Shown here piece by piece: positions 1-9,827 of a stretch of 64,000 nucleotides of DNA. The stretch spans positions 61,622,867 to 61,686,866 of the forward strand of contig NC_068982.1 in assembly GCF_001194135.2 (NCBI RefSeq). Reading direction: 5' to 3'. The DNA is from Octopus bimaculoides. Lineage: Eukaryota. The number at the start of each line of letters is the position of its first letter. Positions within the stretch are counted from its first letter, which is position 1. The notes below the pieces were generated by a model. The model worked only from the letters and a program-made list of their open reading frames with translations. It was not told the DNA's origin and did no database searches. The translations under genes and the position numbers were made by a program.

Positions 1-207
1 CGTGTCACCTGCACGAAGGTCAGTCAGGCGGTACTGGCAACGGCCACGCTCAAAATGGTGTATTTTATGTGCCACCCGCACAAGAGCCAGTCCAAGGGCA
101 CTGGCAACGACCTCGCTCGAAAGTCCTTACACATGCCGCGGGCACAAGTGTCAGAAAGGCGATGCTGGGCACAGGTGCCATCACAATTTCGCTTTCGCTT
201 GCCCCAG
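1..207 (-). mobile_element. RTE LINE 3' UTR fragment
   Basis: Matches other RTE UTR copies in the window (32480-32670; reverse complement of 39630-39720), e.g. actggcaa..gctcaaaatggtgtatttta.gtgccacc and atttcg.tttc.ct.gcccca. Confidence 0.7.
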
Positions 208-900
208 TGGAAAAGCAATAGATATTCAAGAAATACAAAAAGCAAAATACACTTCAGATACACCCAGTACTCTATCCTTTAGTACAACATGCCACCCAAA
301 AAACACAATGGTTTACAACATCGTCCACCAGAACATTACACTATTGACCCAAGAAGGAAACAAGTGCTTGAAATACACAAAATGATCAAAAGCAAAAGAC
401 AATCAAAATCCCTCAAGAAACTACTCACCAGCACTAAATCGCCCTCCACAAATCCCACATCAATAGTCAAAAAGTGTGGCTGCCCTAATTGCAGAATTTG
501 CATCAACCTCACTGAAGACAAAATATATTAATTAAAATCAGGACAGATTTTTACAATAAAAAAATAATTTTACTTGTTTGTCAAAAAATTTAATATCTGC
601 TATTGAATGTAAAGGATGTAATGTAGATTATATAGGTCAAACAAATCTCACTCTCAGAAATAGACTAACTATTCATTATCAACATATATGAGACAGATCC
701 TACTTGATGGACACATAGACGTATGTGCGAAAAATAAGTCTTCCCACTTTACCGTTGTTCAGTCAGTACCACAGACCAAGCACGGATAAACAAACAAAAT
801 ATATTCATACAAAAATACAAACCAAGACTGGATAAACTTTCTTAAATATTCACCAACAACTATTCATTCTGCCACTTGACATGATGAATTTATACAGCTA
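208..900 (+). mobile_element. Penelope-like element remnant (RT C-terminus + GIY-YIG endonuclease), frameshifted
   Basis: Manual translation across frames: LSFSTTCHPKN...KSKRQSKSLKKLL...KCGCPNCRIC...NFTCLSKNLISAIECKGCNVDYIGQTNLTLRNRLTIHYQH (YIG at 629-637). Cys-rich linker followed by GIY-YIG is the Penelope layout; stop at 529-531 and an extra A near 560. Confidence 0.85.
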
Positions 901-1169
901 ACAATCTAAACTTTGGGCACAATTATGACTTTTTCCTGTATGACACAAACACAAATTCAGCAGAGAACAAAATTGTATGCCTATGTACATAGATACAAAT
1001 CATAACCATTCAGCCACTGAGTTACATAGAAACAATTTCTGTCCATTCTACCACTGAATAGATTAAATTTAGTCTTTGTTGTTTGGGACTGTTACTGGAC
1101 ATGTTCCATCAACTATGTCAGCCTTAATTTTCAGAGTAAAAAAATATTGTCACATGATATATATATAGG

Positions 1170-1589
1170 TGCAGGCATGGTTGTGTGGTAAGAAGCTTGC
1201 TTCCCAACCACATGGTTCTGGGTTCATTCCCACTGTGTGGCACCTTGGGCAAATCTCTTCTGCTATAGCCTACAGAAGTCTGGTGCAGGCTCCTGCTTGG
1301 CCACCACCTGTCAAACCGCCCAACCCATGCCAACATGGATGGCAGATGTTAAACGATGATGTATATATAATCATGTGTGTCCTTGTGTCTGTTTGTCCCC
1401 CAACCATTGCTTGACAACTAATGGTGTGTTTATGACCCCGTAACTTAACAGTTCAGCAAAAGATAGAATAGGTACTAGGCTTACAAAGAATAAGTCCTGA
1501 GGTTGATTTCTTTGACTAAAACCCTTTAAGGCAGTGTTTCAGCATGGCCGCAGTCAAATGACTGAAACATGTAAAAGAATAAAAGAAAA
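1170..1589 (+). mobile_element. SINE family A (tRNA-derived), chimeric with an RTE 3' tail at ~1263-1362
   Basis: Head ggttgtgtggtaag...ggttcattcccact (A/B boxes); body ...gatagaataggtactaggcttacaaagaataagtcc...cagtcaaatgactgaaac; internal ccaacccatgccaacatgg...gttaaacgatgatg. Confidence 0.85.
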
Positions 1590-2194
1590 TATACATATAT
1601 ATATATATATTTTTGTGAATGGGTGGAAAATAAAATAACTACTGACATGATAGACTTCCTTGTTAAATTTTAAAAGTAAAATGTAAATATTCCATTATAA
1701 AACTATATATAAACACTGTGTATGAAATTTATTAAACACTGAAAATTTATGCAAGCTTTCACCCAGTGCCTCCAAGATGACTGCAATTTCAACAATGTAG
1801 TAATTGGTAATCAGGCAGATGGTGAAAAGGGAGTGTGGATAATTTCTAATTAATAAAGCTGTGTAGCTTGATGTAAAAGCAAATGGTGCAGAAACTTTAT
1901 AACGATATGGATTGATTAACAAAAGTCTTACTCCTGATTGTTGGAATGGCTACTTTTGGCAGTAGTACTTACACTATAGAAAAGCATACAAAAACTTGTC
2001 GTTTATCTTTTATTTGTTTCAGTCATTTGACAGTGGCCATGCTGGAACACCATATCGAAGAGTTTTTTAATTGAACAAATTGACCCTAGAACTTTTTTTT
2101 TTTTAGCCTAGTACTTATATTGGTCTCTTCTGCCAAACTGCTAAGTTATGGGGACATAAACAAATCAGCACTAGTTGTCAAAGGGGAGACGGGG

Positions 2195-2714
2195 AATAGA
2201 ATTTCTAAAAATTTTTTGCTACCCTGAGATTTATTAATAATGATAAAATGTTTTTTGGCTAATTTTTGGAAGAAAATTGGCATTTTTTTGTATTTGCTGC
2301 CGATAAGGAAAACTGCACATGCGCGGTAAATTTCTAAAAATTATAACATATAAGCACGAGTCATGTTTCTATCTAGTGCCTCGTGTTTATATGTTAATCT
2401 TGGCTTTTCCGCTGATGATAGCTGGCCTTGCAAAATATTTTATTTTACTAAAAATAGCTTGAAACCATGGTTCGGAAAATAGATGGTAAATATTTTTATT
2501 TTTCATTCCCTTTCAAAATTATCCCTAATTGTGGTGTGGAGTTTTAACTGCTCCTTCTAGTGGGTTAGATGTCCTATTATGGGCATTTCTGATGTGTTTA
2601 AATGTACACTGTATTTAAATGAATAATATATAGTCTATTGACTAAGTAACTCTTCTCGCTAGACTACTGGTAACAAATAGAATTTCTAAAATTTTTTTGC
2701 TACCCTGAGATTAA

Positions 2715-2720
<6 letters not shown>
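2195..2720 (+). mobile_element. 481-bp unit with 45-bp terminal direct repeats carrying a hammerhead (retrozyme / Penelope pLTR-like)
   Basis: aatagaatttctaaaa(a/t)ttttttgctaccctgagatt(t/a)attaata at 2195-2239 and 2676-2720; followed by (TA)n. Confidence 0.7.
2405..2479 (+). ncRNA. Type I hammerhead ribozyme motif (minimal, palindromic helix III)
   Basis: Helix I TTTTCCG(2405-2411)/CGGAAAA(2473-2479); core CTGATGA 2412-2418; helix II AGCT 2420-2423/AGCT 2456-2459 with a T.T mismatch at its base; GAAAC 2461-2465; helix III A-C[CATG]G-T; predicted cleavage after GUU at 2472. Confidence 0.75.
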
Positions 2721-2755
<35 letters not shown>

Positions 2756-3714
2756 GATGGGCTTCTTTCAGTTTCTGTCTACCAAATCCACTCAGAAGGT
2801 TTGACTGACCCAAGGCCATAGTACAAGGTGTCATGTAATGGGACTGAACCTGGAACCATGTGATTGGGAAGCAAGCTTCTTACCACACAGCCACTTGGTC
2901 AACAATTTTCAGTTTTGTAACTACAAGCACAAATGTTTCTAATGCTATAAATCTTTTAGAAAAAATGTTTCAAGGAGACAATCTATTTGTCATTCTATTT
3001 ATTTTGATATTAAATTCAATAAAATTTCTTTCACAAATTGGTCATATGCTAGGGGTCTACAACAGTAAAGAACACCAATGTAACTAGTAGTTTATTAATG
3101 AGCAAAATGTTTGCATAGGAAATATATACAATGCTGAGAACAAATGAAACGTTTGTACATTTTGTTTCCCCAGATTATAAATTTACATTCGAATTCATTC
3201 ATGCCAGCATGTTCAGCACATGTTGTCATGGAGATTGGACATCAAATGATGGTGATAAAACATTGGTGCACTTAGTTATGTTAATAAGTATTTAAGTGAT
3301 ATCCTTGAAAATGTTGGGATTTTTACACAAAGAAAGAGACCGTTCAATACATATTGCATAAATTCAGCTTGAAGTTGGACAGTAAACATATGCAAGTCAT
3401 TTCTGAAATTAAAGATGTACTTTTGTGTGTTGTTATTTAAATACCTGTCAAGAAACTTTTTTTTTAATAGAAACCAGCTGTTTTGTACAGAAAAAACTTC
3501 AAGGAAGTGAAAAAGCAACAGACATACTCATGTGTGTGTATGTGTGTGTGCAATACACTTCTCTTCTGATCATGTCGTGTACATACACATGCATATGACT
3601 TTGCTGTAATATGTACATAAAGTTGTATACAGACAACATACTCACATAGATGTCTGCATACAACATATGCCTACATATACACACAAATGTCTACATATGA
3701 TATATGCACACAAC

Positions 3715-3895
3715 CCATGCCGGTGGCACGTAAAAAGCACCCCTACACTCTTGAAGTGGTTGGCGTTAGAAAGGGCACGAACTGCAGAAATCTTGCCACA
3801 TCAGATTGCTTAGTGCAGCCTCCTGGCTTGCCAGTCCTCAGTCAAACTATCTAACCCATACCAGCATGGAAAGCGGACGTTAAACGATGATGACA
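3715..3895 (+). mobile_element. 5'-truncated RTE LINE 3' tail
   Basis: ggtggcacgtaaaaagcacc...ggttggcgttagaaaggg...agcatggaaagcggacgttaaacgatgatga. Confidence 0.85.
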
Positions 3896-4410
3896 TCTGC
3901 ACACCACATACACACAAACAGATATCTACATGCAACAACTCCACCTATACATATATTTATATACAACATATAATTAGTTTATTTACAATTATACATTCAT
4001 TGCAGCTGTATATAAAGGTGACCTAGATCTATCATAGCAACCATAAATTAAAAAAAAAAGTTGCTTTCATGAATAAATACAGTAAGATCCAAAATAGTAT
4101 GATACTAACAGTTGGTTAGCCTCAAACATAGACATCGCTTGTATAGATAACACGAAAAAGATGATAATCGTTCAATAAAGTTTATCAATCAATGTATTCA
4201 ATACACTTCGTTCCATATCGAATTAGATAGAAATTCTGATGTCCGCCACTATACAACTCCAGTACATAGCAACAAAAGTTGCTAATTATATAAGCATGTG
4301 GGTGAAGGGAGAGGAATAGGGATTTATGTACTACATATGTTTCAAGAGGCACCGAACATCTATGTAGCACCATAAAGTTATATAATATTCATTCAATCTT
4401 ACATAACCAC

Positions 4411-4545
4411 CACTAGCGTAGTTGGCGGGGGAGTACTTGTGGGTCTGCTGTAGGCAATGTTTTTTGTGGGGTCTGGGGGCAGCAAACGGGTCACTCCGGG
4501 TGGTGCACACTCTAGCTACGCTAATGATAACTACCTACGCTAGTG
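4411..4545. mobile_element. hAT-type MITE with 8-bp TSD and duplicated right end
   Basis: TIR cactagcgtag (4411-4421) / ctacgctagtg (4535-4545); extra end ctacgctaatg (4516-4526); flanks ataaccac (4403-4410) and ataactac (4527-4534, 4546-4553). Confidence 0.7.
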
Positions 4546-5249
4546 ATAACTACATACCCCAAGGGAATGGACCTAAGTAGAGCATCTGCATACTTAGTGA
4601 GACCCTTCTTCTGAATACCAACATAGCTTTCCATGTCTTCTGTTAAATATTTCTTAATACAGTTTAACGTCATTTCACGAGATTTAGTCTACTTTAGACA
4701 CCTTATGATGGTGTTTAAATGTCCTATCTTGTGATGCAAGCTGCTGATATTTTCCTGTAGTTTTGCTATCACCCAGGAGACTTACATCAGGTTTGCAAGC
4801 GTATCCATGTTTGAAAGCGATAGCAAACGTAATGAGAACGTGTACTGCTTGTCCAATAGTTATCACGGGCATTCATAGTGTCTTTAGTGATATCTTTAAA
4901 AACTTCTACCATACTAGTGATAATAAAGTCTATTATCCAAAGATGGTTTCAACAGTTTATACATTTATTTTTTCAAGAATTAAAACATTTTTCTTTTATC
5001 ACATGATATAAATGTTTTCATGGTCCGGATAGGCAAAATTGCGAATGTGTTGTTACGTCGAAGGATGATGAGGTTACATGTTCTTTGTTACATTGGCAAA
5101 TTATTTACATCCGTTGTTGTTGCCTAACCCCAGTTAACCCTAATCGAAGGTGCTCCAGTACTATCATAGCCATTTGAAGGCTGTAGAATCAGGCTTGCCA
5201 ATTTAGTGTTTTTTGCATTTAAATTTAGTACCTGTTTAATATTTTCAAA

Positions 5250-5622
5250 GTGGAGGTGCAATGGCCCAGTGGTTAGGGCAGCGGACTCGCGGTTTCGATT
5301 CCCAGACCAGGCGTTGTGAGTGTTTATTGAGCGAAAACACCTAAAGCTCCACGAGGCTCTGGCAGGGGATGGTGGCGAACCCTGCTGTACTCTTCCACCA
5401 CAACTTTCTCTCACTCTTACTTCCTGTTTCTGTTGTGCCTGTAATTCAAAGGGTCAGCCTTGTCACACTGAATATCCCCGAGAACTACGTTAAGGGTACA
5501 CGTGTCTGTGGAGTGCTCAGCCACTTGCACATTAATTTCACGAGCAGGCTGTTCCGTTGATCGGATCAACTGGAACCCTCGACGTCGTAAGCGACGGAGT
5601 GCCAAACAAACAAACAAACAAC
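5250..5622 (+). mobile_element. SINE family B (tRNA-derived) with TSD
   Basis: Head gtggaggtgcaatggcccagtggttagggcagcggactc; tail gacgtcgtaagcgacggagtgcc(aaac)n; TSD tattttcaaa at 5240-5249 and 5623-5632. Confidence 0.9.
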
Positions 5623-7149
5623 TATTTTCAAAGAAAAAATTCATGGAGTTACGTGCCCCGTGCAAGTTCAGTGCTTTTTATCACAATTTAGTGCTAAAGT
5701 TAGCATTTTTTTTTTGTTAATTCAATTCAGAATTTTTTCCCCTAAATTTAGGCTGCATGCAAATTCACCTGAATACTCAGTATTTGTTATTTTGAGACAC
5801 ACTACGGTACAAACTTCCACATTTCTACAGGAATTTTAGTCAAAATGAGAAGATTTGAAACACTTGAATATCGTCATAAATTTGAAATATTCGTTGAACG
5901 AATACTTTTAAATTTAGCAGTCATTCATTTTTTATAAACGTTTTTTTCAATTACTTTTAATTTATTACATACAAGCTTAAACACTGTACTCCGCATGCAA
6001 AGCTTGCTCCTGCAGAGTGCTACCTACACTTTTGGTCCATATGACTAACGGTTTAGAATAATTAATGAAAAGAACAAAAGAAAAAAAAAACGAATTTTAA
6101 TACGTAAACTATTGGGGTAAATAATAAAAGCTATAAAATATAACTATCACAATCAATTTTAGTCATTGTAAGATAGGATATACAACATTCTCATTATCTA
6201 TTATCTATATAGATATTTCGGTGGAGTACCCGAAAGTCCATCGATATTTCAATACGCTATTTTACTTCCTTGATTTTTAATTTCCAGTTTTCGACACAGA
6301 TGTCAGTCAATTTCATTCTGGATTGAAGTATTAACAAGTAGGGGGTATTTGAATGGGTAAAATCCATTTGAACATTTGTCTAGACTTTAATACTTCTAAT
6401 TTTACCATATGTATATGCTACTGTAGAGAGAATATTTAGCCAAGAAACATCAAGAGAAATTTTGAACATCAGTTATTCACAGTTGCTTATAAATTATGTG
6501 AAACTGCAGCTTCTATATACCAAAAGGGATTGATCGGGAAATATTCAAAAATATTAAGGAGTAAAAAATTTGAATGGTCAGTGAAATGGTCAAATCTTGC
6601 CTTATTAGCCTAAATGGATTAGCCATATTTGTGATGTCATATCTTTGAAACTGAGATGATCATCATCTTGAAATTACTCAAATAAATAGTGATCATAGTA
6701 TAGTAGTTGCCTGGAACTTGAGTTTTGGCACATTTGTAGTAGACATAGAACTAAATAAACCCCGAGATTTTGGGACATGACACCATTTCAATAAAACTTT
6801 TTCATGACTATGATTATCAACACAACAGGAGTTATAGCACTCCAGTGCATTGAACTAGAATGAAGGCTACTGTTCAGCAGTCAAAAATGAAAACAGGACA
6901 AACTTTGTAAATGCATGGAAATACCAGGGTGTTTGAGGGACCTTGACATGATATGTAACAATTGGATTTTAATTAAAATTATATGCAAAGTTCATATCCA
7001 AAACTTTCAAATGATATATAATTTTCCATGGAAAAAATTAATTTTAACATAAAAATGAAGGAAAAAGTGTTTTTGCATGTTCAAATTGTGCTTGTCTCCA
7101 TTGTATGGCGCTCTATACAGATGCCTACTGAAAGAAGCTCGTGTATGTA

Positions 7150-7280
7150 TATATATAGTGAGAATTTACAAAATAACAAAAGATGAAGACGGGTGTGTAA
7201 ACAACAAACAAATGTATTAGTTTAACGCTCGGGAAGTGAGAAAGTCTTTTACGTTTCGAGCCTACTATCTTCAAAGCGAG
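7150..7280 (-). mobile_element. Penelope-type terminal repeat fragment with decayed hammerhead-like motif; partial second copy 8800-8857 (+)
   Basis: Minus strand tTGAAGAtagtaggctcGAAACGTaaaagac...cttcccgagcgttaaactaataca; the same tail is at 8800-8857 between (TA)n tracts. Confidence 0.45.
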
Positions 7281-7984
7281 TGTGAACATGCTATCTCTAG
7301 GATAACGAAGTTTATATTGATTTTATATCATTGTATCATATGTTCCTATAATGAATATGCACAAATATACTCATGGCATGCAGGTGGGAACAATGTTCAA
7401 TGAAGAGTGGTGTGTGTAGAGTACCTGAAGACATTTGTTTCACTCTTTAGTGTGGTTTAAAGGAAATCTGAATAGAATACTATGTGCATTATTAAAGTAT
7501 ATTGGAATTATTACCGAATATATTTTTCATGTAATATTGTTACTGCAACTATTACATGTTATGCATGGGTTTTCTTAGATTATTGTATAATACCCATGTT
7601 ATTCCTGACATTTTATTGAGTCTGTCAGGTATGTCTGTTTCATTGGAAAATCCTACAAATTATGCTCTGAAAGTCTGGTATCTTCATAATGGTTCTGATG
7701 AATCTGTATTATTTGTTCTGTATTAATGGATACATATTTATTCACTATCTGAAAGTATTAATGAATGTAAATAAAATAATACTAATTTTGAAAGAAACTG
7801 TTAAAACTGACATTATGAAAAAAGTAAATGGACTTAAAGTAAAAGAAATATATACACCTGGATGAATATTTATTTTTGAATCTCTTGCTGTATTGTTACT
7901 GATTATTATGTTTCTACTGAATCTTTTGGCTTTTTGATAGGGGTGGTAATGAAATTTGCTCATTCTCAATTGAAGTCATAATCA

Positions 7985-8240
7985 TCATCATTTAATGCCT
8001 GTTTTCCATACTGGCATAGGTTGGACAGTTTGGCAGGGGCTGGCAAAATAGAAAACTATGCCAAGCTCCAGTATCTGCTTTGACAAAGTTTCTTATAGCT
8101 GGATGCTGTTCCTAATGCTAGCCACTTTACAGAATGTGCTGCATGCTTTTAATGTGGCACCAGCACAGTGGCATAAATTTCTTCAGCTAGATGCCCCTTG
8201 TAACACCAACCATTTTTATGTAGTACCAGCACCAGTGGGG
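7985..8240 (-). mobile_element. Diverged RTE-type 3' tail
   Basis: atcatcatcatttaatgcctgttttccatactggcatagg ttggac...gctggatgc...cctaatgctagccactttacag. Confidence 0.7.
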
Positions 8241-8702
8241 TCAAGTAACTTTCAAGAGCAAGACCCTTTGAGTGAGGAGAGATTAAAGTAAAAAAGAGGA
8301 ATAGGGATGTGTCTTGCTGTGGAAAACATAAATGGTAACTCAGTTAGGAAAGAAAGTTTAAAAGGTGAAGGAAGATGGAGAGACATGGCTGCCCCAAATG
8401 GGAATGAAAACAAAGAGAGAATGGAAGATAAAGAGAGGTTATATACCCAACATGTTTAATATTTTATAATTTAACTGGTGTTATAACAGCTTACAATATG
8501 TTAAACTGCTTTCAGACTTAAGAATCACTCCACACTTTTTAAATGATTGTTTTGTTGTTTCCATATGTTGTATTCATGTGTAAATAAATATTGTTTGCTG
8601 ATGTGTATGGCTGAAATGTGTATTGTCTGTTTCGTTATCAGAAGTCTTTCTAAATGAAAACTTCCCTGTAAGCAACATTCTTTGTGGAATGTTTGCCATT
8701 TG

Positions 8703-8715
<13 letters not shown>

Positions 8716-8781
<66 letters not shown>

Positions 8782-8790
8782 TATATATAT
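8716..8790. repeat. (TA)n microsatellite
   Basis: Direct inspection. Confidence 0.95.
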
Positions 8791-8894
8791 ATTCCATTCT
8801 TCCCAAGTGTTAAACTAATACACCTGCCTTCATCTTTTGTTTTCTGTAAATTCGAACTATATATATATATATATATGTTCAATCCTGGAAACCT

Positions 8895-9470
8895 TGTGGA
8901 TACTCTAGAGAAGGCAACATATCATGTGTGAATATGGGCTTTAGTAAACAAAGTAATTTTTTCACATGTTTGTCCTTGTCATTAAATTGTCCATGCCGTT
9001 GCTATGTTATTTAACTAATGCAAATAGTAACTCTTCATCTACTGAAGAAAGGGTAACCTTTAATATAAATAATTTTTCTGTGATGTGGACTTCGTTATTT
9101 TTGCCTCAATTACTTTTTCTTGAATGTTTTGAATAATCAAACATCTACCATTATACATGCTACTTGCTCAATCAATTGTAAGAGACTAATTACTGTGTTA
9201 GTCTTTAATTTTAATATGTACATTTTTAAGTACACTGTAGAGAATTCTGAAGGCTCATTCTGATGCAAACATTGAACCTTTTCGTCTCCTGGAAACAGTT
9301 TTAGTATTTCCTCATTAATAAGATTAACATCAATATTCTTTGGTGCTAAAATAATTTTTGAAAATCTTTCTGGTTCTGTAATGCATTCCTGCATGACATT
9401 TTTATTGGAAATCAAGGAAATCAGGTTATTAAACAATGTTACATTCCTGGGGTATAATAGTTTCACCGTT
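8895..9470 (-). mobile_element. Helitron PIF1-like helicase C-terminal remnant
   Basis: ORF 9137-9466 has ILAPKNIDVNLINEEILKLFPG and LKLKTNTVISLL; downstream VIEAKI, QGQT (8967-8978) and YVAFSRV (8901-8921), the PIF1/Helitron helicase motifs. Confidence 0.8.
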
Positions 9471-9827
9471 TGCTTCTTCTACAGAACCATTTCTTACATG
9501 AAGTATAAAGTTGTTGAACTGAATTTGGTTGTTTAGATCTTCTGAATTCTGTGTGTGTGATTTTAATTGCATATTTTCTGTAAGTTGAATTTGTTTTTAC
9601 ATGTTTCCATAAAGATAAATTATTAAAATTGCTGTACACTATCTGTAGTCTGCTTCCAAGTTTAACAACAGATAATATTTGCTGGAAGTAATTATTTTTC
9701 CTCCATATAAAACATGTTCAAACCTGGGGTCAACCATTTTCATAAGTTCCCCTAATGTTCTATCCAATGCCTCTGGGAGGAAACGGTGAGACATGGCAGA
9801 AATTCATCCCAAATTATAACAGCCTGG

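Larger units (their letters stand above)
2000..2895 (-). mobile_element. SINE family A split in two (2000-2185 tail, 2755-2895 head) by an inserted element
   Basis: Both halves match the reverse complement of intact copies (22021-22427, 36734-37128); the insert sits at the central microsatellite. Confidence 0.8.

Noticed and set aside
5250-5330. tRNA-gene-like sequences at SINE heads
   Set aside because: A/B boxes are present but run into SINE bodies with tails and TSDs; no complete cloverleaf, so not tRNA genes
6200-7960. Possible decayed transposase or DNA-transposon interior
   Set aside because: AT-rich with coding-like patches, but no motif, TIR pair or TSD could be confirmed by eye
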